From Camelus ferus (lineage: Eukaryota), in contig NC_045696.1 of the NCBI RefSeq assembly GCF_009834535.1, positions 81,408,001-81,472,000 of the forward strand: DNA of 64,000 nt, in the 5' to 3' direction. The notes below the pieces were generated by a model. That model worked only from the letters and a program-made list of their open reading frames with translations. It was not told the origin of the DNA and searched no databases. Made by a program: the position numbers and the translations under genes. This document shows positions 12,701 to 24,375 of this stretch, piece after piece (positions within the stretch are counted from its first letter, which is position 1; each line of letters begins with the position of its first letter).

Positions 12701-15700
12701 AAGAAATAAGACATGTGACTCTGACTAATTTTTATGACTGCTTAAAACTGGGTAACACATAATGGCAATTATTTGACATTTACTGGACATGCTGTCTCAT
12801 TGGATTTTATATTAAAATACGTTTGATGTTTTTCCTTAAAGGGCATAAGCCAGAGTATAATAGGTGAGCACCTATTTTTAGTTTTTGAAGTTTCCCATTT
12901 TATGTGGGAGAAGGCCAGTGGTCCTTTTTCTGCTATTGTTGTTCCGCTCTTTAACTTGAGGAAAGTGTCCTGTGGTGGAATCAGACACCCTGAGCACATG
13001 CTTTGGCTCTAGCGTGTATTCGTTTTGCAGTAATGGACACATTAGGCAGCCTCTGTAACTCTCAGCTTTGACATCTGTATATTGGGGATGAAAGGACCTA
13101 TCCCATAGAGTTACCAGAAGCATTAAATGAGGTAATGCATCTAAAGTACGTGGCACAGGGCCCTGCGAATTGTAGTATTAATATTACTATACTGACACTG
13201 CCTAAAACGTGACTTTTAAAGGAGAATGCTGCACGTGGTTTGACGTAGTAGGATGATGCTTTGTGAAGTGTGTTTCCTGTATGTAATCCCAGGACTAACC
13301 TACAGTAGAAACCTTTTGTCAATGAAGTATGAGGCCTAAACCTGTTGCTGTTGGTCTTTTGAGAGTTTAAAGACTTTACTCCAAAGAAACACAGCAGTTG
13401 AAAAAAGTTGTTTCAGTGTGTGACACACCCGTCATTCACTAGCTTTTCATGCGTGTGTGTACATGCACACGGGCCTCAGCGCCTGTGCTTCTGGCAGGGG
13501 CCCTGGGCCATCGCCATGATCATCCTCCATCGCCCACTTCTGTCCACCAAGCACCCGTTGGTCTGCCATGAGGTTCTTAACCAGGGGATCACAGCAACAT
13601 GTCTCTTTTCCTAGAACAAGTCAATCCACACTTATTTCAATAGTGTCATTTTCTTTTTAATGAGTGGTCATTTTAAATTTTTTTTTCTAAATAAGCCATT
13701 AATTTGGTTTATCTTGTTATGTAGGTACCCAGATAAACAACCTGTGTCAAATGTTCATAGCCTGTTTGGGTCCCACATTTGGGCCCCATCTAGGCCGTCT
13801 CCAGCACACTCAGCTGGCTTGGATTCTCATCTTTTTTGGAGTAGATAGAAAATGTGAGATTTTCAGTGTCCATGAAAATGTGCTCAAATCCTAGTTCTAC
13901 GACCAAATACTAGTGCAGCTTTGCTCAAGTTACGTAACGCCTCCGAGGTGCAGTTGCCTCATCTGTAGGCAAAAATATCTGGCCTGGGCGGCTGTTTGAA
14001 GGCCTTGAAGTTCTCTGTGTAAAGGGCTGGTGCTCGGCACAGAGCAGGGGCCCGCAGTGGTGCTTGTTGCTTTTAGGAACAGGTAACTTGGGTTATCCAC
14101 CTAGTGCCAAAGCTTGGATTTACCAGGGTATTTGACAGGTCAGTGGTTAAATTAAGCAAAGCAAAATGTCAGTCCCTAGCGTGCAGATGGAAAAAGGACA
14201 AGGAAAACTCTTTTTTGCAATTCTTAGAGATTAATAGTCAAGATACTGTCTTATTTTTTTTAAAAGAATAATGCCTGGCCTCTTTTTGTCTTCTAGATTC
14301 AGGGCAATATCACTCCTCATGCCATTGTCATCTTGCCTAAAACAGATGGAATGGAAATGCTCGTTTGCTATGAGGATGAGGGGGTGTATGTAAACACCTA
14401 CGGCCGGATAACTAAGGATGTGGTGCTCCAATGGGGAGAAATGCCCACGTCTGTGGGTAGGTTAACCATTCCTTATCTCCTTCAGCAGTTACACCCCCCA
14501 AATGAAACGAAAGTCAAGAAATGTGAAACAACCATTTGATTCCACAAAAAAAAAAAAAAAAAAAAGTCTGTGAATAACACTTGTAAGACTTGCTTTGTCT
14601 GTTTATCTCAAGTCGTTTGTCATTTTTGTGGTTAAGATGTGAACAGATGCTGTGAGTTATTGCCCATCTAATGTTTTTAATGCAGTTTTGGAAATTCCTT
14701 TTGACAGCCTACATTCATTCCAATCAGATAATGGGCTGGGGCGAGAAAGCTATTGAGATCCGGTCAGTGGAAACAGGACATTTGGATGGAGTATTTATGC
14801 ATAAGCGAGCTCAAAGGTTAAAGTTTCTATGTGAAAGAAATGATAAGGTAAATCCGTTTCAACATTTGCATTAGTGTTTGCATTTTAAGAGACCACCAGG
14901 TACCTGTGAAACCTTCATTTTCCTTTATACTGATTTGAATCACATCTGTGTTAAACAATCAATATTTTCTTGAAATGGCATTATTTGGTTTGATTCATGT
15001 GAACCCTCAAAATATATTATTCACGTATCAAAAAAGACAAAAAAAATCTAAAAATTTCCTGTAAGCTCTTAGTAACTTTTGTGGCTGCTAGGCCTTAAGA
15101 TGACTCAGCAGATACCCCAAATTCACCGAAGCACTTAGAGGGGTTGGCTCGCCATTAATCATCTCACAGTGGGTCAACTTTATACTCTGCTTTTAGACTT
15201 GTCACCAAATCACTATTGGGACCTAACCCATCACATTATATTCAACTTTAAGTGTAAAACATTCGACATGTAGAAATACAAACTTTTTTAAGATGTCACC
15301 CATTCCTTAAGGAATGCGCAATCACAAACTCAACTAGTGCCATGTCCTGTGTCATTCCAGCCATGTTTCTTCTGAGGTGTCACAGGGGGACTGTTTTCCA
15401 GTGACATTGGCGGTGTCCATCTGGCATGATCAGTCACCCAGAAGGGTATTCCACGGCAGTGCTGCTTCTCCCTTGCCCTCCCTGTAGATGAACCCAGAGT
15501 TCTTAGTAGCTCAGCTATACTACATTTGTGAATCATCCTTTGTGACTACGGCCAACTTAGAAATGCTGTCCCCAAAACAGCAGATAGAAGCATCTATAGA
15601 AAAGACTGTGATGGGGTGGACAGATAGACATCTCTTGGCCCACTCCCATTCCCCAGAAGCCAGGCTGATCTCAGTCTGACCCTAGAGTAGCCAGTTCCTC

Positions 15701-17108
15701 CTGTGACCTGGTGTGGCCTGGTGTGGTCTGGTGTGTTTTGGGTGGATAACAGCTGGGGGTGGCAAGGATGGTTCCAGAGCCTTATCGGAGTATGCCAGAA
15801 CACAGACCTGACCCTTAGTAAAACTCTCCACGGATCATAAGGCTAGGCGTGATCTGGGCATGGACTCCCAGACTCCAGTTCATTGAAGACCCACCTCAGA
15901 AAGTCCATTCCAAGCCATGCCCACACCTGCAGGAGCAGGCTGGGACCACACCAGTGTCTGGGGGCTAGTATCCTGAGCCAGGACTCAGAACCTGGAGAGA
16001 ACAGTGGCCCTCTCTTTCCCTCACTGTGTTTCCATGGGTCTTCTGTGCGTCCCCATTTTGATTCATTGACCCTAGCAGTAGCTTTACTTACAAATGTAGC
16101 ATTAGCAGAATGACAAGCATTTCCATGGAACTTCCTAAGAAGTTGTTGGGAGAGACAGCATTCTTCTGAAGAAGTTGTGGAAATGAAGTAGCAGAGACTT
16201 TTCACTAGTGACAAAAGTAAATGCCTTGGAGCAAAGTTTGGTGTTGGCTGACTGAAGGACTAGGCCGCCACCTGGAGTCCTATTTCCCTAGGGCAGTGGT
16301 TCATTGAGTGCAGCTCAAGCAAGCAGTACCCCAAATTTTGCTCCCTTCTCTCAGTTGTTTGATGAAGTGATTTAGCACACCCAGACCTAATGGACTGTGG
16401 TTCTCCTTATTAATGCCATGACCTCCTTTGGCCTAGGATTTGCCTTCAGCGGCAGAGAAACCAAGCGTTAACTCTTGAAATGCCAAAGTGAATAGGTATT
16501 AAACACCTTACCCTATGGGACCAGAAGCACTTACTAATTTTTTTTTTAATTAAGGAATGAAGTTGTATAGTAGTCAGTAGGCCCCAAATTCCCCCTTGAC
16601 TTTGGGAATTTGAAAGGATTCTCTTCATTCCCAAAGTCTGCCCTCTTGTCATTAAGGGAAAGGAAAGGGACCTCTGTGGATTTCCAGAAATCAACAAAGG
16701 ATCTGTTGTGTCTAGACCAGCAATCCAGCATGGAACTCCCTTGTAAAATGTGAGCACCCAAAGGGTTGTAGCAAAGCAAGATATACTCCCTTTTGTGTCC
16801 CTGAAGGCCAACATCACAATAAGTAGTAGTAACCATTATAACAATAAACAGGAATGTTTACAGAGGATGCACTGTATTAAAAGGCACTTTATAACACCAG
16901 CCATTAAGTCTTAAGAGCTGACACATGGCAAGGCTAGGACATGTGAGAGGAAATGGATGGACGGTTGAAGAAAAGAGGGAAAGAAACCATGCAGTTGAAC
17001 TAATTTCTTTTTAATTTCAAACAGGTATTTTTTGCATCCGTGCGATCTGGAGGAAGTAGCCAAGTGTTTTTCATGACCCTCAACAGAAATTCCATGATGA
17101 ACTGGTAA
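476..17108 (+). CDS. TNIK: TNIK (TRAF2 and NCK interacting kinase), 3' part: 9 spliced coding exons encoding the acidic linker and CNH domain; 5' part lies outside the window
   Basis: Exons 476-587, 1433-1603, 3275-3418, 6927-7061, 10103-10203, 12397-12546, 14297-14456, 14708-14847 and 17025-17108 all have AG/GT boundaries and compatible phases. They join into [21 protein letters not shown]...[13 protein letters not shown], the TNIK C-terminus; adjacency to SLC2A2 fits known synteny. Confidence 0.97.
713..780. repeat. (TAT)n trinucleotide microsatellite, ~22 units
   Basis: Perfect tattattat... run. Confidence 0.97.
1433..1603 (+). CDS. TNIK: TNIK coding exon ([10 protein letters not shown]...EILCAALWG), start of CNH region
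   Basis: ctcaaag|CTCTG ... TGGG|gtaagt; 171 nt. Confidence 0.96.
2341..2412. repeat. Degenerate short tandem repeat with (AC)ATGTGGT(T) core, 5 copies
   Basis: TGTGGT at 2342, 2354, 2367, 2384 and 2407. Confidence 0.85.
3275..3418 (+). CDS. TNIK: TNIK coding exon ([47 protein letters not shown])
   Basis: ttgcag|GTGTA ... TCAG|gtatgg; 144 nt. Confidence 0.96.
3764..4018 (+). mobile_element. 5'-truncated artiodactyl/camelid L1 3' end with inverted 5' segment
   Basis: tataaaatagatgaacagcaag...acagcacagggaactatattcaata...gctgtacaccagaaattgacaca plus an A-rich tail; 3764-3806 is the reverse complement of the adjoining upstream L1 sequence. Confidence 0.85.
4418..4556. mobile_element. MER5A-like hAT DNA transposon remnant
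   Basis: Resembles MER5 consensus, ending gcagccaagtttgagaacca. Confidence 0.55.
4661..5156 (-). mobile_element. Solo ERV1-type LTR (~500 bp, cetartiodactyl family)
   Basis: Minus strand begins TGTGAATGAAAAATG and has AATAAA ~45 nt from its 3' end; near-match 4-bp TSD acac/accc; recognisable LTR text aaagttgagagttatgttttatt. Confidence 0.75.
5213..5236. repeat. (TG)n microsatellite
   Basis: About 12 TG units. Confidence 0.9.
5272..5548 (-). mobile_element. Artiodactyl/camelid L1 3' end, antisense
   Basis: ttgaagtatagttgatttaca...gaatatagttccctgtgctatacagtagga...ggtaaccataagtttgttttc. Confidence 0.9.
6792..6822. repeat. (CA)n microsatellite
   Basis: CA run upstream of a TNIK exon. Confidence 0.9.
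6927..7061 (+). CDS. TNIK: TNIK coding exon ([44 protein letters not shown])
   Basis: caacag|GAAAG ... GTTG|gtaagt; 135 nt. Confidence 0.96.
7750..9300 (+). mobile_element. Ancient HAL1/L1ME ORF1-region remnant
   Basis: A-rich, degenerate ORF1-like text (gagaaggttcttaaagcttcca; gcaacactgaaagattagaaaacaatggaacaa...aaaattctgaag). Confidence 0.6.
8629..8705. mobile_element. MLT2 LTR fragment with (TG)n
   Basis: tgtattagctgggttctctagagaaacaga followed by a TG repeat. Confidence 0.6.
9348..9575 (-). mobile_element. MaLR LTR fragment (MLT1A/MST-like)
   Basis: tgtcttagtctattcaagctgctataaca...gggaagtccaagttcagggtgccagcaga. Confidence 0.8.
10103..10203 (+). CDS. TNIK: TNIK coding exon ([33 protein letters not shown])
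   Basis: ttacag|TTAAA ... AAG|gtaagc; 101 nt. Confidence 0.96.
12397..12546 (+). CDS. TNIK: TNIK coding exon ([50 protein letters not shown])
   Basis: tttaaag|TCTTTT ... CAC|gtaagt; 150 nt, phase 0-0. Confidence 0.95.
13035..13190 (+). mobile_element. MIR SINE
   Basis: Core ctctcagctttgacatctgta...attaaatgaggtaatgcatctaaagtac. Confidence 0.65.
13880..14050 (+). mobile_element. MIR SINE
   Basis: ctcaaatcctagttctac...caagttacgtaacgcctccgag...cagttgcctcatctgta. Confidence 0.6.
14297..14456 (+). CDS. TNIK: TNIK coding exon ([53 protein letters not shown])
   Basis: ttctag|ATTCAG ... GTGG|gtaggt; 160 nt. Confidence 0.96.
14708..14847 (+). CDS. TNIK: TNIK coding exon ([46 protein letters not shown])
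   Basis: tgacag|CCTAC ... AAG|gtaaat; 140 nt. Confidence 0.96.
17025..17108 (+). CDS. TNIK: TNIK last coding exon ([27 protein letters not shown])
   Basis: aaacag|GTATTT ... TGG TAA; 84 nt. Confidence 0.96.
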   Translation, partial: VFFASVRSGGSSQVFFMTLNRNSMMNW

Positions 17109-20100
17109 CAGAAGAGCACTTGGCACTTATCTTCATGGCGTTATTTCTAATTTAAAAGAACATAACTCATGTGGACTTATGCCAGTCTAGAGGCAGAATC
17201 AGAAGGCTTGGTTGAACATACCGCTTTCCCCTTTTCCTCTCCCTCCACCCGTCCCAAAACAGTCCATCTTTCTATGTTGCAGCCTGGTTGAGAAGGAGAG
17301 AAAAAGGTGGCAGGAATTTCCAGGAGATCCCCAAGAATGCCGCGTTGTCTGTGGACAAAGATGGACCATGTGCCCTTCGGAGTTAGGGATAGAAACAAAT
17401 ATTGTGTGCTCTTATGATTAAGCTGTGTTATGGTGGATTTTTGAGTTTTGTTTTTTTTTTTTTTTACCTTTTTTCTTTACCCCCTTGCTTTGTAAGAATG
17501 GGGAGAGAATGCATCCTGAGAAAAAGATCTGTTTTTAACTGTCTGCCTACTAGCTTTAAGTATCCGATACATTGTAGACTTTCCCATTTCGAATGGTGAG
17601 AGACACCACGATAAATGTACCTTATCTCGTGACACTGAAGGCCATAACTACATAGTGGGGTAATTTTAGAACTCTTTTGCCTTCACCAACCCAAAAGGTT
17701 GCTTTTTGTGAGCAACTGCGAATGAATTTTTAAAAGAGAAGAAAAATACTAGTTTTCCCCTCTTTTGGGAAATCGATTTTAAATGGCTAAACTACTAGCC
17801 TTAGACTAATAAAATCAACTACCGTTTTTGTGAGTCTGACAGGCGCTGCTTTTCATCTGGCCCTGTGCAGAGCGGAGTGTGCTGAGTGGGGCAGTAGTGC
17901 CGTGGAGCTGAGCTGGCTCCAGCGGATGAGGGACATCTACAGTACACCTTTTCCTCGGCAATTGTGACAGATCAGGGCAAAAGACGGGATGACAGATGGG
18001 ATGAGACGGAAAGAGCTTCTGAAAACAAGCTAAAAATGTATATAAATATACACCTTTTTTTTTTTTTAAATGCACAAAGCTTCCCAGCTAAGAGGTCACT
18101 CGGTTCAGGCTTATTAGGATAAGACTTTGTTGAGTTCTTTCTGGGAACTGGGGAATAAGTACCATCCAGGCTTTGGTCATTCCCAGCTTTCTCCTGAGGG
18201 TGCCGCTTTCTCAAGATGAAAACTGTGACTGAAAACATAATAACAATAAATGTTTCTGAGCTGCCTGTGTTCTCTCTGGGTTGGTGAGAGAAGGGACTAG
18301 ATTACTACTAAGCCTGCCTGAGACCCAGCAGGCATCCTTGGTTCCAATTTTATAGAACTTGAAAGCACGGCTTTGGCCAGAATTCTGCGACCCTAATCAT
18401 TTTACCTTCCTCCAAATTACCCAGCATACGGTAAACAACATTTGTGCAGATATGTATGTATTTAGTTCAGGTTGACTTGTGTCCTTATAAACTCTTACAC
18501 GGATGATTTGAACTTTTACGTGACGGTCTGGGATTTTTTTTCCAAAGCTACAAGCATGGCTGCCTGTGGTATCGAGGTGTTGCAGAAATGGTATCTGTGT
18601 TGCGCTTCCTGTTTTAACCTACCTCGTTTCGTTTGTTTTGTTTCACTGTTCATCACAGCAGTGTTATCTCCAGGAGACATATAGAGAGCTCAACTGGCAA
18701 TCTCACATGTATTTAATATTTTTCAAATAAAACAGTAGTTGACCAAATTGTTCTTCTTGAAAAATTGGAAAATAATCCAACAACAACAAAAACTAATGTG
18801 GCTTGTTTCTGGAGAAAACAATTACTGTAAACAGATTTTTTTAAAATCTGTGGTTCTACTGATTTTGCCTAAACACCTGAGCAGCTGATGTACTATTAAT
18901 GAGAACGAAATACACATTAGGAAAATGGACCCATTTCAATCTGGTGATTTGGGCAAGGGGGCACGGGGAAGGGGAAATGGTTCAGTTTCTGCCCCTCCTG
19001 TGAAGATGGTTGTCATTTGCATTTATTTTAAGCAAGTAACAAAGGAATGGAATTGAGGGTTATCTTCAGGCGATCACCAAGATGTCCTCATTTGTGGTCC
19101 CTTTAGCGCTCAAAAGCAATGAAATCCTCCCGTTCTCATTTTTACTGCTAAGGTTCTGCTGCTGAACAATACAATTTTCACAAATTCCATGCAACAAATT
19201 CAGCAATAACGTTTTGGATTGAATTTAGCAACTACTGTCATTGGATGCTGACGTGGACAAGTACACTGATTTGGGTCTCATCCCCGAATGTGATTGCCAC
19301 CAGCTCTTTATATTGCTGCTGTGGTATTTTAAACCAGAAGCTTCTTTAAATTATGTTGCAAACTGATCTTTGTTTTTATGTTTTGTTTTGTTTTTATTTC
19401 TAAGTGATAAGTTCGAAACACACAGCTTTAAATGATTTTTTTATTGTGGGATTTTGGGTACAGTTAAGAAATAAAAGGGAATCATTGTGTTTAAACATAA
19501 GGTAGTTTGTGAATGTATTTTTTAAAACCTAGATTCATTGAAACAAAAAATCGTAAGAAAACAATATTAATGCAGTCTTGTTTACAGTATGTACAGTGAC
19601 ATAACATAGAACATGAGCTTTTCTGGTGCCAACAACAATAAAACACAGACGGTAAACATCAAGCCATGCCTTTTATATTTTTGTACAAATATTACACAGA
19701 GTTCATGGTAAAGCCAAATTTAAAAGGGCCCCACATAAATCTGTGCTTCTTAAAAGCTACCTAAAGAATTCCTTGATGCTTTTAACTTAAAAAATACATT
19801 TCCTCCATCAGGACAGGTCCTAGCCCTGAAATACTGAGGCTTAGGTCATACAGAATGTTTCAGAATAGCTGTTCTTGTGGCTCATAAAAATCCCCAACTT
19901 CCTGGTTTACTTTAATTCTTTTTTTGCTGGGGGGAGGCAGAGGTTGGGGAGTAGTGGTTGTACTTTTCATCCATCTGAAATATCACCTTAAAAATAAAAC
20001 AAGCCAGTTCTGGAGACAGAATTCCTGACAGGAAGAACTAAAGCTAAAAACTGAAACTGAACTAGTTTCAAAACTAGTTACAAAAGAAATTTATTAAGAT

Positions 20101-22650
20101 TTTTATACAAAGAGAAATTGAGCCCTCTCCCAAAGTAAGTTTCACTAGATCTTTTCAGTCCTTTCTACTCTAAATTGATTATCATTCAGTAAAATCCACT
20201 GCAACTGCCCACACCGCAGTCGTGGACCAAGGTCTGCCAGGTGACCGTCGCTGCGGGGTGCTGGTCCGCGACACTGTAGCAGGGACTCCTCCATGCAGTG
20301 GGCAGTGGGAATAGATGATCTATAAGATCCCTTCAAACACTGAGTCCTCCCCATGCCAGTCACATTCAGACCATCGTCCTTGCACACAACATGAGTGAGG
20401 ACAGCTTGCAGTAAGTTCCACATAAAATCTAATGACCTTATTTACATGGTCTCATTTTTCTTGAAGACTTATAAACAGTGCTTCAAGATGATCTAGAGCT
20501 ATTTCAACAGTTCAGATTAAGGCACAGATGACATCCCAGAAGGCCACTCAAACAGGAACTCCATTTTTCTAACACTTTGACACTGCTTTCTTAGATGGGC
20601 TTCTTACAGACATGGCCTCAAGCACACGTTTTTTCAAAAGCATCTTAATTCCTGGTTGTCAAGACCTACTAACAGTTTTCTGTCTGCTCTTGTGACTTAT
20701 TGGTCATTGGTGTCTCTGGTCCCTCCTGTGCAGTAGATTAGAAAGAGATGTGATATTCAGACCGGGGCCATTTTGGTTTTGTCCATTGCCAGACAAGGAG
20801 GAGGCTAAAGTCTGACCTCACATTCCATGAAGTTAAAAATAAAAAATTTTCGCCACTAATATGTGTCCCAGTTCCCGTCACTGTATTCTTGAAATGTTGA
20901 AGAGCTCTTTGTGTTAACAGTGTGTGCTGTCTTTGAAAGTCTGCTTGAACAGCCATCACTTGTATTTGTGCTGATTGCTTTAAGATATAAGATGTGCTAC
21001 GTTATTTTTAAGAAAGAAAATGCAGTTACTGATCAAACTTTTTTAACCTTCTGGAGGGAAATAGGAGAATATCTACGACATGTGAGTGACCCTGCCATGC
21101 TCCTGATAGTCCCGGATCTTCTGAGTCTGTGTTCTGACTGTCTCAGTTTCTGTGAATTGTTAGCTACCTTTCAGTTCAGTCCTCGAAACTTTCAAGCTAA
21201 CCAAATGAAACAAAGAATAACAAACAAACAAACCAAAAACTGGCCTCCCCAATACTACATAGTTACCACACAAAATCCAAAACTCTGAATTTCATTCCAT
21301 TTACCTGCCATTTTTTATAAATAACATTACATTTTGGCCTTGATCGGTGTAACTATATCAAAGACCTTAAAATGTGCTGCTGTCCTTTTATGGGTCTCAA
21401 AAAGGTCGTCTTCTTTCAGAAGCCTCTGCAAAAAAGAAAAACTTGAGAATCTGCAAGTTCAAAGCTGACCATTTGTACATTTCTACCAAACATTTTCTAG
21501 TGCTGTTTGGTTTCTATACAGTATCATTATTCTGGGATTTTTTCCCATTAACAATTAGAATATTCAAAAATTTGCATTACATTAAACACTATGAGACCAT
21601 AACTCTCTGCTTTGAACTTTATTCTTCTAGCACTGTCACTCTGGAAAGTGCCAGAATGCACCAAAATAAAAATTCTCATGAAAGCATTTTTAAAACAAAA
21701 ATCCCTGGATATGTTTTGAGATATTTTTAAATTCAGATCAAAGCTTGGACTTTGTGTCCATGATGCCAAACATTTGGATGAAGACTAGAAAATACAGTTT
21801 AAAATAGAAATGTTCTAAAGTTTCCAGTTTTTTTGGCTTTGTGTAGATACCTTTAAACTAACTCAACTGCTTGCATGATGGGGTTTGGTTTTGATGCTTT
21901 GTTTTTGATCACACTAAACTGCACTGCACAGTTGAGGCTGGGCAAATACTGGAGGAAAGGTAAGTTTTCATTTCCACCAGTGGATTACTGTTTGTCCATA
22001 GCAAATATCCACACCCCAGTTGCCCCTACTCCCTATCTCTTCCCCTAGTGTTAGTGTTAAGGAATAGTAATTCCATATTATGGTTTATTTTAAAACCTCA
22101 GACGTCATCCTGAATCAGAATTTCAAATGTTAGGTGACAGCAAGAAATAAATCTGCAGCAAGGAAAGAAAAAAAATGACAGCTTGGATGAATTTTTAAAT
22201 TGGATGTTGTGAAACTATTTTTGTGCATTTTAGCTGTCTTATTTACAATGTTAACATAACTGTAAAAATGCCAAATTTATAATATTGGAAGGGAAAACTA
22301 TCATTTTGCTATGCCTACAAGTGTTTACACTGTTTAAAATCTCCAGTTTTCTAAAGTGTTTTAAATTGTCAAAAATGTGCTGAAACTAACTGTCTCACCT
22401 GTGTCAGGATATAAAGGAAGAAAATCTTGGTATGTTTTCTCGTCTGAACCTTTTGGTTACTTTCAAGTAGTTTTTACCTGCATAGAAAAGGCCTTCAGTT
22501 ATTGTTGTCTAAGGTGGTTCCAAGCAGTAGTTAGAAATGATTTGGTAGGTTCTGAGCTGAGGTTTTCCCATACTGTGACTGCCATGCCCTGAAATATACT
22601 ATTTTATGTTTATCAAAATGTGAATAATAAAATATTGATAGTAGTAGGAT
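17109..22650 (+). other. TNIK: TNIK 3'UTR (long, AU-rich, nearly transposon-free)
   Basis: Follows the stop codon; several AATAAA hexamers (18245, 18726, 19470, 19637, 22626); transposon density rises abruptly after ~22690. Confidence 0.7.
22626..22631 (+). terminator. Probable distal polyadenylation signal of TNIK
   Basis: AATAAA at the end of the repeat-poor UTR-like block, just before an L2 element. Confidence 0.55.
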
Positions 22651-22689
22651 GCCTGCTTGTTCTTCATTGCTACATCTAGACTATTATCC

Positions 22690-23785
22690 CTTCTTCCTCC
22701 TAAAAGTCAATGCTTCAAAGCTGTTGTCATCAGCCTGTAAAGTCTCAACTTACCTTCTCATTGCTTCAGTATCTTGCTTCTTCAGATCACTGTCACCATC
22801 TACAACACCACCCTTTATTAATTCTTGGTGATTTCAGTATCCATTTAGACAATCCTACAAATACCCTGGCTTCTCAGTTTCCTGATCTTGACCAGTGAAA
22901 CTTACCATTCCCAATTACTGCCCCACCTCCTTAACTGGTAGCAGTCAGTTCTTCCCATTTGGTGGATCCCATCCAAGTCACCAAGTAATGGTCATCACCC
23001 CAACAATCTTCCTCTCTCTTCTGTATCACCAGCTTTGCCCACTCTATGGCAGGATTTCACTACATTCATGCTGCTATCTCTTGTGTTATAAACACCCTCA
23101 GCCCCAATACCCTCCCATCTTATTTATCTGCTCCCCTTCAAACAAAGAAAAAAAAACTCTTCCAAGGGAACTGGGTATGCTTTCCATCTCCAAATCCTCT
23201 CCTCCCTTGGTCTCTTGAACCAACTCAAATCAGGCTTTCATTCCTACCACAAGCAGCTCTTGCTGAGGACACCAGTTATGTCCGTGCTGTCTAACACAAC
23301 GCTCAGGCCTCTGACTGCACACTGCTTGATACACCTGCAGTCTTTGACACAGGTAATAGCTCCTTCCTTCTCAAGGTGCTTTCTCGGCTCTGGGACATCC
23401 CTCTCGTGTTCTTTTCTCACCTCTCTGGCTATTCCTTCTCAGTGCCTATTGCTGAGTTCCTGGAGTGCCCAGCACTGGACATCTCTCTCTAAGTGACCTC
23501 TTCCAGTCTTGGGGCTTGAAAAACCATTTATATGCTGGCATTTTTATCTCCAGCCCTAACCTCTTTTCTGAAAGCCAGACATATGTCTAACTACTTACTT
23601 AACAGTTTCATTGAATGTGTAATTGGCATCGCAAACTCGACATGCTCAAAACTAAATTTGCACCCCACCTCCCAATCTACGCCCCTTACAGTCTGTGTCC
23701 TATGTCAGTAAGTGGCAACTTAGTTCCTCCAAACCAAAATCTTGTAGTTTTCTCAATTTTTCTCTCTCACATACCACATGCCATC

Positions 23786-23818
<33 letters not shown>

Positions 23819-24375
23819 AAAAGGATAAAACTTACTTCCCATAGCTTTACAGCATATCAACAGTCCAAGCCGAGTGAGACCATGTCATATCTTCCCTAAG
23901 ATGGCCCTTTCAAAACACGCATCAATATACCAGGCTGTGCCTCTCTTCTGCTCGAGTGCTCGATGTCTTCCCCCTCCCTCGGAATGTCAGTGTCCTTACA
24001 ACGGCCCACAAGGTCCTAATAAATCTGACTTACCCTTTGTCCCATCCACAACCACCACTACCACTTCCCGGACCTCATCTACTATTTCCCCAGTTCACCT
24101 CGCTCCAGCCATACTGCCCGCCTTGCTTTACCCAGAATGCCCTCAGAGCATGCTCCTGTCTCAGGGCCTTTGCCCTGGCCATTTCCTCTGTATGGAAAGC
24201 TCTCCCCTCACAAACCCCCCTTCCTCTGGGTCTCTGCACAAATATTCCTTTACTATCAAATGCTTATGTAAAATAATTTCCAATCCATCACTTATTCTCT
24301 CCTTTCCGCCTTTCGTAGCACTTATCAACATCTACGAGAAGCAAATAGTATTTATTGGATGAATGAATGAATGAA
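22690..24375 (+). mobile_element. L2 (L2a-like) LINE, 3' ~1.7 kb, containing a poly(A) run at 23788-23816
   Basis: CT-rich L2 body, ctttgccctggccatttcctctg...aaagctctcccc, terminal gaatgaatgaatgaa. Confidence 0.8.

Noticed and set aside
23874..24362. 162-aa ORF, the longest in the track
   Set aside because: Lies within a degenerate L2 element; low-complexity product with no recognisable domain
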